DNA of 62,258 nt, from IMG/VR virus record IMGVR_UViG_3300035701_000028, positions 1-62,258 of that record; one strand, written 5' to 3'. Within the stretch, counting starts at the first letter, position 1; every line of letters begins with the position of its first letter. Positions 18,153 to 25,874 of this stretch are shown one piece after another. Source of the stretch: a virus. Lineage: Duplodnaviria > Caudoviricetes. A program made the translations under genes and the position numbers. Below the pieces are notes generated by a model, which saw nothing but the letters and a program-made list of their open reading frames with translations, did not search any database and was not told where the DNA came from.

Positions 18153-18817
18153 GGCCGAAAGAACTTCCCTCCTACTTGAGGGTAGGCAAGGACGTTCACG
18201 CGATCCTAGAAGGGAAGCGAGTTAGGTCTCAGAATGTCCAAGTTGACCTGCATGTTGTCCGGCTGTTGGAGTTCTGGAAGTTGCATGGGTTCCGACTGGC
18301 GGGGACGAAGGCCAAGGCGATCGAAGTCCTACAAGAAGTCCCAATAGGGAAGGACATTCGTATTGTCCGCAAGCTCGACCGACTTGCCATTGATGAAGAG
18401 GGGACGCCCGTCTTGGTGGATTGGAAGACCGCATCTTCGCAGTGGGAGTCCTTGATCGGGCATTCAGATATTGTCCCAAAATCCTTGACCTTCCAAACAG
18501 CGTGCTATCTGATACCACCCGAAGATATTGCCCCCTACAAGAAGGCATGGCCCACCGAACTAGACTTCATCGTATCAACCCACGAGTCTATGCACGCCCG
18601 CTGCTACTCGACCTGGAGGGACAGGCAGGCGGAGAAGGAATTCATCGAAGCGGCCCAGGTCGTCGCCAAGGCCAAGACCTTCCCGCGCATCCGGGGGTGG
18701 AATTGCAAGTGGTGTATCTACGCCAGCGCGTGCTACGAGACGAAGGACTGGCAGGACGAGTACCTCATCAACATGGACGATCGGGGAGTTCCAGAAGCTT
18801 ACGGAGATGACGAATGA
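18041..18817 (+). CDS. Cas4/AddB-like PD-(D/E)XK exonuclease
   Basis: CPRKF, LDRL..VDWKT, QTACY, CKWC....C Fe-S staple. Confidence 0.85.
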   Translation: MPRRKGTVIHTQEKYLSQSGIATYFACPRKFLFYQRMRPKELPSYLRVGKDVHAILEGKRVRSQNVQVDLHVVRLLEFWKLHGFRLAGTKAKAIEVLQEVPIGKDIRIVRKLDRLAIDEEGTPVLVDWKTASSQWESLIGHSDIVPKSLTFQTACYLIPPEDIAPYKKAWPTELDFIVSTHESMHARCYSTWRDRQAEKEFIEAAQVVAKAKTFPRIRGWNCKWCIYASACYETKDWQDEYLINMDDRGVPEAYGDDE

Positions 18818-19035
18818 CCAGAGAAATGACTGTTGAAGAAGAGACCGAAGTCATCGATATGCTCAACGCAGCGATAAAATTCAGCGAGGGGGTGACACTC
18901 TACAATGTCGAAGGAGCCTTGTGTATGGAGGTTCAGACGAAAGGAGGCAACTACGTTCTGAGTGGAGACTGCCTGTTTACTGTCCTGAAGCAGTACCACA
19001 TCCGCCGCACCAATCACGCGCTCTATGGAGACTGA
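18814..19035 (+). CDS. Hypothetical protein
   Basis: ATGA coupling. Confidence 0.55.
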   Translation: MTREMTVEEETEVIDMLNAAIKFSEGVTLYNVEGALCMEVQTKGGNYVLSGDCLFTVLKQYHIRRTNHALYGD

Positions 19036-19036
19036 C

Positions 19037-19225
19037 ATGCCAGAGGAAACGCACACCTACCATCACTATGATCCGCCCGTCCCGAAGGTCTACGTCAAGG
19101 TCGTCCGCAATACCAAGGGCTTCAACGTCGAGGCTGCGGTCTCCGACTGCACCAATGTTGGGCAGGCCATGGGCTTGCTGGATGACGCCATGAAAGAACT
19201 GCAGCGTCACTACCCACTGGAGTAG
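19037..19225 (+). CDS. Hypothetical protein
   Basis: GGAG RBS. Confidence 0.55.
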   Translation: MPEETHTYHHYDPPVPKVYVKVVRNTKGFNVEAAVSDCTNVGQAMGLLDDAMKELQRHYPLE

Positions 19226-19226
19226 C

Positions 19227-19742
19227 ATGGACATCACCAAATTCCAAATCAATGTAGATCAAGTGGAGCCTGCCGTGGGGATCGAGCAATGGGCCAAGGC
19301 CCACATGCTCACTCTGAACTTCCCGGAAGACACCCCGACGTTCATGGGGATTGACCCAGGCTCCAGCTTCGGGGTCGCGGTCATCTACCACGGGTCGCTC
19401 GGTCTGTTCTGGGGCGATCTCCTTGGGGATGATGAAGTGGACAGGATGTTCGAGGCATCCCAGGTCTCCCTCTACTACAAGGATGTCTTCAATCCAAAGC
19501 TGACCGTCGTCGAAGGCCCGGCCCCAAAGTTCGCGTATAGGCAGGCATTCTTGGGTCACATGCGGGCAGGGTTCATCATTGGCGCGATGCCGAACGTCCT
19601 GATGCTGCCCCCCTCCACAGTCCGTATGCTCGGCTTCGGGCATGGAAACGAGTCGGGCTTGAATCTATGGCCGAGGGTCAATGAGAATGCGATCGCCGCG
19701 CTTGGGTGTGCTCTCGCTGCAATGAAGAAGGCTCCCGTTTAG
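19227..19742 (+). CDS. RuvC-like resolvase fold
   Basis: GIDPG, VVEG; C-terminal acidic motif degenerate. Confidence 0.6.
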   Translation: MDITKFQINVDQVEPAVGIEQWAKAHMLTLNFPEDTPTFMGIDPGSSFGVAVIYHGSLGLFWGDLLGDDEVDRMFEASQVSLYYKDVFNPKLTVVEGPAPKFAYRQAFLGHMRAGFIIGAMPNVLMLPPSTVRMLGFGHGNESGLNLWPRVNENAIAALGCALAAMKKAPV

Positions 19743-20041
19743 GGAGCCTTCAGTTTGTAGGTAAATGCGTAGGACGTGTAACCGATATTGCTGATGAATG
19801 GAATCCTGTCTCCTACCTCGATCTCTCCATTCCTAAGCAACTCATCCAGTGAGTTTTTGATTGTCGTTCGAGAGAATCCGGTAATCATCCACAAGTCTCG
19901 CGAGAGTACGGCATCACGGCCCAGGCGACTCAGTTCCTTCATTACCATCAGGACTATCGCTCTGGCCGTCGCCTTCTGATTCTCCTTCTCCGCCTGCCCC
20001 AAGAACTTCTTCACTTGATCGAATAGCGCTTGATCGTCCAT
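19739..20041 (-). CDS. Winged-HTH protein
   Basis: DLWMITGFSRTTIKNSLDELLRNGEI; GAGGAG RBS. Confidence 0.65.
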   Translation of the reverse strand: MDDQALFDQVKKFLGQAEKENQKATARAIVLMVMKELSRLGRDAVLSRDLWMITGFSRTTIKNSLDELLRNGEIEVGDRIPFISNIGYTSYAFTYKLKAP

Positions 20042-20939
20042 TCTCCTCCTCTACCTTCGTTGATTCGATATACACTACCTCATGGCTGCGGAAGTCTACC
20101 GACCGCAGAAGCTCGTGTGTCCAGACATGACGACCATCTTGGATTTCCCAGACCAGCATCCCGATGTCTGTCCACTCCGGGCTCTGCACAGTCTTCCGTC
20201 CGTAGTCGTCGATCAAGCAGTAGCTTGGAACGATGAACCCAGATGTTCGGTAGGTCTGGTGTTCAACTCTCATACACACCACTTCGGGGACGTACTGATG
20301 TCGGTGCGCCCGAGCAACAATATCCGGAGGTATCTTGCCCGTCATGAGCGCGTCCATCATGAGCGTCCGGATGTAGAGGCGAAGCTCGTTGCCCCGTAGC
20401 CATGCCCTCCGTCCCGGCGGGGGGCCGTGGTGGGCGAGGTTGAGGACGATCCCATCGACATCCAGGATGTCATGGTAGGACACGGCGATATCGAGATCGG
20501 GCCTGCGCCTTGAGAGATCATACGCTAGGCCCATCGTCACAGAGGCCCAACGCTCCTCATGTATCTCAGTACCCGCGAGGAAGCGCATCCATTTCACATT
20601 TGGGATTTCCAGCCACGGGAGGAAATTCCACTCAGCAATCTGACGTTGGAAGGATGGAATAGTGGTAAGGGTCTGCCCCTTTCCAAGCAGGAGTCCCTGA
20701 GACGGGTCTCCCATGTGGATCATGAAGATCGGATCGCCGCCAGCGATGTCCTTCAGCGCGGCGATGTCACTGGAATACCACTCGAACATCTTTCGGTTTG
20801 CTGGAGTCGGCTCGGGGACAGGCACAGGGGGTACGCCCATCATCGGCAGGGGTGGCTCGAATTCTGTATTGGGATTGAACAGGCCGAGGGGATGGTTGCC
20901 ATGCGTATCCGAGAGAGCCGCTACAAGGGTTCGTCTCAT
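19914..20939 (-). CDS. Calcineurin-like metallophosphoesterase
   Basis: SDTH, MGD, GTEIHE, HHG, AHRH. Confidence 0.75.
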   Translation of the reverse strand: MRRTLVAALSDTHGNHPLGLFNPNTEFEPPLPMMGVPPVPVPEPTPANRKMFEWYSSDIAALKDIAGGDPIFMIHMGDPSQGLLLGKGQTLTTIPSFQRQIAEWNFLPWLEIPNVKWMRFLAGTEIHEERWASVTMGLAYDLSRRRPDLDIAVSYHDILDVDGIVLNLAHHGPPPGRRAWLRGNELRLYIRTLMMDALMTGKIPPDIVARAHRHQYVPEVVCMRVEHQTYRTSGFIVPSYCLIDDYGRKTVQSPEWTDIGMLVWEIQDGRHVWTHELLRSVDFRSHEVVYIESTKVEEENGRSSAIRSSEEVLGAGGEGESEGDGQSDSPDGNEGTESPGP

Positions 20940-20958
20940 TAGATACCTCAGTTCAGAA

Positions 20959-20986
20959 GGGGGTGCGGTATATATACCGCACCCCC
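20959..20986. terminator. Perfect 28-bp palindrome/hairpin
   Basis: GGGGGTGCGGTATATATACCGCACCCCC after the holin; only a weak U tract. Confidence 0.55.
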
Positions 20987-20997
20987 GCTGGACTTGA

Positions 20998-21012
20998 AAG
21001 TAACGGTTACTT
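20998..21012. promoter_or_regulatory. 15-bp palindromic site, copy 3
   Basis: AAGTAACGGTTACTT overlapping the holin stop. Confidence 0.8.
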
Positions 21013-21306
21013 TGGGCTCAGGCCCTTGTAGGAGTAGTGGATGCCCATCGCGCTCAAGACCATCCCGATCAGACCTACGATCGTAAAGACAATCTGTGCG
21101 ACATTGGGAGGCAGCAAACCAACGATCTGCTGCAAGAAGAACATGATCGTCGCGACAAAGATCGCAACGATCATGGACGCCCATCTACTAAAGTCCTTAC
21201 TAAACAGCTTGGCGAGGGCCTTCAATCCTTGGGTCACAAGGAACGTCACGATGCCCACGACTAGGAATTGCAGAATCACAAATACTTCAGCAGGTAACTC
21301 GGTCAT
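21007..21306 (-). CDS. Holin (3 TM)
   Basis: Three hydrophobic helices; in the lysis cluster. Confidence 0.75.
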   Translation of the reverse strand: MTELPAEVFVILQFLVVGIVTFLVTQGLKALAKLFSKDFSRWASMIVAIFVATIMFFLQQIVGLLPPNVAQIVFTIVGLIGMVLSAMGIHYSYKGLSPK

Positions 21307-21752
21307 TTCGTTCTCCCTTTCTTGGCGGGTACAACAACGGGTATAACGTCCATCGAGTTCAACTGTGCGACGAGCTTATCTACGATCCCCTTCAGTTCCT
21401 TACGCGCATCCGAAGCCTCCTTCTCATCCTGGCGGAGTACGCGATTCTCTTCCGCAAGTTTGAGGTTCTCCACCGTCAGTCGTGCGACATCGAGTTTCAA
21501 TGTATTGACTTCTTGTTCAAGGCGGGAGCGGATTTCTCTTTCGCGATCCAGTTCGCATTTCATCTGGGTAATACTGGATTGCATCGGGCCGATGCTATCC
21601 TCTGCTGCTTTGGCGAAGGCTTGAGCCGCTGTCCCAAAATCCATGGCCCGTTGAGAACGCAGGCGGGATATGGAAATGAGGGCAACGACCAGACCCGCGA
21701 TCCCGGTCAGGAGCCCACCACTTGCAAGCGCGAGTAGGATGCTCAGATTCAT
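21303..21752 (-). CDS. Membrane-anchored coiled-coil lysis-associated protein
   Basis: N-terminal TM plus heptads, between endolysin and holin. Confidence 0.65.
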   Translation of the reverse strand: MNLSILLALASGGLLTGIAGLVVALISISRLRSQRAMDFGTAAQAFAKAAEDSIGPMQSSITQMKCELDREREIRSRLEQEVNTLKLDVARLTVENLKLAEENRVLRQDEKEASDARKELKGIVDKLVAQLNSMDVIPVVVPAKKGRTK

Positions 21753-21755
21753 GGG

Positions 21756-22382
21756 CTATCCTTCCATCAGGTCGAGCGAGACGCCGCCCGGAATCCCTGG
21801 TACATGGAAGCCTTCATTGACCTGCCTGATCCAATACTGCTTCCAGGGCAAGGGAATGATGGGCTTGGGCGTCGGGTTGTAGTCCGCGAGATACAACAGG
21901 TGCTCGGCCATCCACAAGGGAACTGGCCCGTAGTTCGCGACGGCCCAATTCAGCCAACCCCGTCCAGTGTAGATGGCAGGTTTGAGTCCGCGCTTGGCTT
22001 CCTCGGCCTTCAACCACTCATGGATGACATCCCATAGCTTGAGCCCAGCGACGAAGGTCTTCTCTTCGAGATCAAGCAGGGAGGGAAGGGTTGGGGGCTT
22101 GAACATGGCCGCATCGAAGATGGAGAATTGATAGTCCCACTTCAGAGTCGTGCGCCAGAAGTGATAGGCCCCGGCCTTGAAGAGACTCAGGACATGCTCC
22201 CACTCGTAGATGAAGAAGGGATCGATCTTGCCGTAGTTGTAATTCGCGTGCGAGATGTCGAAGCCATCACTGGCCTTGAGATAGATGAACTCGTAGCCCA
22301 GCCGCTTGATCTCCAACCACCCGATCGGCAAGCCACGCGCATCGTAGGCCCAATGGCTTATGTCCAGACCCCTGCGTGCCAT
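21756..22382 (-). CDS. GH25 muramidase endolysin
   Basis: GLDISHW, YLKASDG, GAYHF, LDLEE, IYT. Confidence 0.9.
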   Translation of the reverse strand: MARRGLDISHWAYDARGLPIGWLEIKRLGYEFIYLKASDGFDISHANYNYGKIDPFFIYEWEHVLSLFKAGAYHFWRTTLKWDYQFSIFDAAMFKPPTLPSLLDLEEKTFVAGLKLWDVIHEWLKAEEAKRGLKPAIYTGRGWLNWAVANYGPVPLWMAEHLLYLADYNPTPKPIIPLPWKQYWIRQVNEGFHVPGIPGGVSLDLMEG

Positions 22383-22384
22383 AG

Positions 22385-22747
22385 CTACTCCTTTGGCTTG
22401 TCCTCTTCCTTGTGCGCCAAGTAGTCATCGAGCTTGGTAACGGGCTGCGACAACTGCGGAGGAACCTTCTGCTCCTTGAACTTGGCGTCGATGTGATCTC
22501 GAATCCAATCGACCTCGATTTTGGTCAACTCGAATGGCTCGGCATCCCCCTCTTCCCCGCGCTTCCATGACGGAACCTCCCCCAGCTTGAGCTTTTCATC
22601 AAGGGAGGAGATGATCCGGGCGTCAGTTCGATTGACTCCCGGAAGCTGGCCGATGAGCCAGCCGATGACGAAACGATCTGCCGCATCCAAATGGTACATC
22701 TTGGGTCTCCAATCTGCGAAGAAATCTCCGTGCTTGCTCATGCTCAT
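22385..22747 (-). CDS. Hypothetical protein (possible tail-fibre chaperone)
   Basis: Position downstream of the fibre genes. Confidence 0.55.
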   Translation of the reverse strand: MSMSKHGDFFADWRPKMYHLDAADRFVIGWLIGQLPGVNRTDARIISSLDEKLKLGEVPSWKRGEEGDAEPFELTKIEVDWIRDHIDAKFKEQKVPPQLSQPVTKLDDYLAHKEEDKPKE

Positions 22748-22768
22748 CAGTATACAACGAAAGGCGAA

Positions 22769-23548
22769 TTAGGTGTTGGATACTCCAGATATCTTCTTGG
22801 CCGTCGCGATCGTTACCCCGCTGAACTTCTTGATGCTGGCCTGATCTACACCAGAAGCCTTCTTGACCTGCGATACGACTCCCGGCTTGAGAGAGACCCC
22901 AGCGATGCCCTTGCTGACGCTTGTCGTCCAACTCCATGACATCGTGACAGTTGCCGCCCCCGCCTCATAAGAGGATGAGAGATCAAACCAGGATGTCACC
23001 TGCGTCGTACCCAATTGGGTCTGACCCGCCCCTACTGTCAGTCCCGTACCACCTACTTTTCCGAGCAGGTCTATCACGACCTGACCTGCTGCGCTGCCTA
23101 CATCCACGCTGGCAGACGTGCCACTGGCAGGCCCATTAGATGCGGGCGTTCCAAAGAGATTTGCCTCAGATGAAGAATCAACCCCCCTGGCCTCAAAGAC
23201 GATCGCTGCAACCGATGAGTTGTTGGAACTGTTCGCCATATTGACGACCAGATTTTTTCCCGATAGCGCTCCGGGATTGCGCAAGTAGTAGAGGTTTAGC
23301 TCCCCCTCATCTCCAGCCCCGCTCGTGTAGAAGATTCTCTGAAATGCACTCAGCAGAGTTAGGGCCGTCCCATCGAAAGAGACGCCAATGGGCGTAGGAT
23401 CAACATAGCCTTGCATCCTGGCCCCGACCAAAGCGATGATAGCGTGGAGGGATGAGTCAACAGTCGTAGCAACTACTGTCAGGTCAATGTCGCCTCCACT
23501 TGATGTGCTGCGACCGCCCTGGTAAACCGTCCCAAAGGAGATTGCCAT
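22769..23548 (-). CDS. Beta-rich virion/receptor-binding protein
   Basis: S/T/G/A-rich; paralogous domain inside 25874-28327. Confidence 0.6.
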   Translation of the reverse strand: MAISFGTVYQGGRSTSSGGDIDLTVVATTVDSSLHAIIALVGARMQGYVDPTPIGVSFDGTALTLLSAFQRIFYTSGAGDEGELNLYYLRNPGALSGKNLVVNMANSSNNSSVAAIVFEARGVDSSSEANLFGTPASNGPASGTSASVDVGSAAGQVVIDLLGKVGGTGLTVGAGQTQLGTTQVTSWFDLSSSYEAGAATVTMSWSWTTSVSKGIAGVSLKPGVVSQVKKASGVDQASIKKFSGVTIATAKKISGVSNT

Positions 23549-25185
23549 TAGGTGTGCTCCACCTGGACGAGGTTCGGCATGAAGATCATCCGGTCGGCAT
23601 GGGTCGCCACGCCGAGAATCTGAATGACATCATCCGTACCCGAGGGCGCAGTCTGGGTCAGCGTATTGCCTGTCGTCCCTGTGGTACTCAGGTAGATCAG
23701 CCCGCCGACCGTCCAAGCCCAGGTGTCGTCGCGTGCGATCCCGAACATCAGGAAGTCTCCGGACGAGTGGGCCGAGAGGGTTCCGAGGGCCATGCCTACG
23801 GCGCTGGATGTCGCGATCGCATCCGCATCGGCCAGGGCCATCTCTCCGTCTGAGTTCAGGTAGCAGGCATCCCCGAAGTTGACCGCATCGTGGTTGGTGA
23901 AGGCCAGGACTTTGCCGCTGGATAGATGGTCGGCCCCAGGAGAGACCGTGAACTTAGCATTCTTGGCGAAGAGGACATTCTGATCCGCTTGGAAGCGGAC
24001 GACTTCAGTTAGGGTCGTGGAGCCACCCGTCGGAACGGTCGAGATCATAACGTAGCTGCCCGCATAACCGGAGGCCCAATTCTCCCCAGCAAAAGCATCC
24101 AGGACTGCGCCGGAGTAGGCCGTTCCTGAGACTCCGGTCGCGACGAAGTTGATCCGCCCGATCCGCTCTCCTGACAGCGGAATGTCGAGATTGCGCATGA
24201 CGATATTGGCGGACGCGGAGGACGAGATATTCCCGGTGTAGACGGACTGGAGACCATAGCCGCTCGTTTGATTCTCAAACCAGCCCGCAAAGCCGCTGGC
24301 CTTTGCGGTGACATGGAACTTGGCATCATAAGTCGGGCCGGGGGTTACTCCATTGCCGCCGACCTGCCCGCCCACTACGCCAATGCTGACTTCATCACGA
24401 CCTGCATCCGCATAGAGTAGGTTTACATCCGTATCGCCCATGATCCGCGTATCAACATCCACGCCAGCCGGATTGATTACGAAGAGAGTCGCTCCGACAC
24501 TGAGCCTTCTATTGTCGGGGAGACTGCCCCCAGCATAAAATGTAATGGCCTGGTCAGTCCCATCAGAAGCGAGAATGAGTTTCGTCTGTGATGAACTTGA
24601 ATGCCACGTCTCCAGTGAGATATACTCGTTGTTGGATGAGCTTGCCATCGCAGCGATAAAAATTGAGCAATCCGCACTCAGTCCACCCATGTCGGCGGCG
24701 CACACAATTCCGATGGACTGATACCCAGCGGAAGAAGTTCCATAGAGGGCGAACTGCTCCCCAATGAAGTAGGGATTCTCGAAGGTAATGGCGCAGTTGG
24801 AGCTAAAGCCTACGGAGTCAGCGCTGATGTGAATGCCACTCGCGTCGATACGAACATTCCCACCCCCCGCGTATAACTTTCCATCCAATGCCGAGATGCC
24901 CACTTGCATGACATCATTCTCGACCCCGACGAGGTTCCACTGGTCGCCAGCGTAGGTAAAGGCTGGGTAGCCCATGCGCATTCCGGAGAATCCCTGACCG
25001 GGGGCCTTCTGGTTTCCGGATCGGAACTCGCCCGCCATGATGAGACCGAGGTTGACATCGATATCCGACAGGCCATTGATGACAATGACTTGGGTCGCGG
25101 CAAGGCGAATCGAATTGGGAAGGCCGTCCACCTTCTCTTCGATACGGATCAGCGTATCGCGAATGACTTCAAGCGTCTCAGCCAT
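23548..25185 (-). CDS. Tail fibre/spike protein
   Basis: Gly/Ser-rich beta repeats; C-terminal GGLIYLSTTG..LTQTAPSG module. Confidence 0.7.
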   Translation of the reverse strand: MAETLEVIRDTLIRIEEKVDGLPNSIRLAATQVIVINGLSDIDVNLGLIMAGEFRSGNQKAPGQGFSGMRMGYPAFTYAGDQWNLVGVENDVMQVGISALDGKLYAGGGNVRIDASGIHISADSVGFSSNCAITFENPYFIGEQFALYGTSSAGYQSIGIVCAADMGGLSADCSIFIAAMASSSNNEYISLETWHSSSSQTKLILASDGTDQAITFYAGGSLPDNRRLSVGATLFVINPAGVDVDTRIMGDTDVNLLYADAGRDEVSIGVVGGQVGGNGVTPGPTYDAKFHVTAKASGFAGWFENQTSGYGLQSVYTGNISSSASANIVMRNLDIPLSGERIGRINFVATGVSGTAYSGAVLDAFAGENWASGYAGSYVMISTVPTGGSTTLTEVVRFQADQNVLFAKNAKFTVSPGADHLSSGKVLAFTNHDAVNFGDACYLNSDGEMALADADAIATSSAVGMALGTLSAHSSGDFLMFGIARDDTWAWTVGGLIYLSTTGTTGNTLTQTAPSGTDDVIQILGVATHADRMIFMPNLVQVEHT

Positions 25186-25874
25186 TAGAGTATCGCACCT
25201 TGCAGGTCAGTAACTTTCGCTTCGATTCGTACAACCCGATCGACAAGTTCCAGCAGCAGGGGGTCTTGGACTTCATGAGGGCCGAATGCGCCCCCACCCC
25301 CGCCCTTCGGCCCGAGAGAAAAAATCTTCCGGTTGACTTCATCCGTTTGGTACGCATCTGCTAAGGCGCTTACCTCGATGTCGTAGACTGTGTAGCCCAT
25401 CTCTTCGAGGGCCATGAGTTGCTCTTCGTCCTTGCGGAAGCGCAGGAAGTCGGAGTGGGTCGGGCCTTGGACTCTGATGATGATCTTCATCCACTCGAAG
25501 ATGAAGTCGGCGACGATGCCTCCGAACTCCAGACGCCCCCCATCCAAGCTCGATTGGAAATCGAAGTCATCGATCGGGGAGAAGTTGAGGATGTCGGTCA
25601 GGTACTTGTATTCGATCCGCTCGGGCAGCGTCCCGCGTACTTGGTCATGGGGGACGGCCCGCGCCTCGTTCGGGTCTTCGCCCACTCGATCGCGCTTCGG
25701 CCCTCGACGATGGATAAGCATCCACCAAGGTTCAGGCTGGTAGATCAATCTACGCAGGAGCGCCGACGCCCGAACCTTGACGGGCCGGGCGGGAGCCTGC
25801 GGAATTTTGAGTCGGGTCTGTCGTCCGGGCTTGATCCACCGGATACCCGTAAAGGTTGGCCGTCCGCGTGGCAT
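25185..25874 (-). CDS. DUF559/Vsr-like nuclease-fold protein in the tail module
   Basis: TLPERI...FDFQ...VADF...IIIRVQG..H...KDEEQ..L..MGYTV. Confidence 0.55.
   Translation of the reverse strand: MPRGRPTFTGIRWIKPGRQTRLKIPQAPARPVKVRASALLRRLIYQPEPWWMLIHRRGPKRDRVGEDPNEARAVPHDQVRGTLPERIEYKYLTDILNFSPIDDFDFQSSLDGGRLEFGGIVADFIFEWMKIIIRVQGPTHSDFLRFRKDEEQLMALEEMGYTVYDIEVSALADAYQTDEVNRKIFSLGPKGGGGGAFGPHEVQDPLLLELVDRVVRIEAKVTDLQGAIL

Noticed and set aside
18041-18817. Cas4-like gene as evidence of CRISPR-Cas
   Set aside because: No repeat-spacer array or other cas genes seen; it sits next to the RecA-like gene as a recombination nuclease
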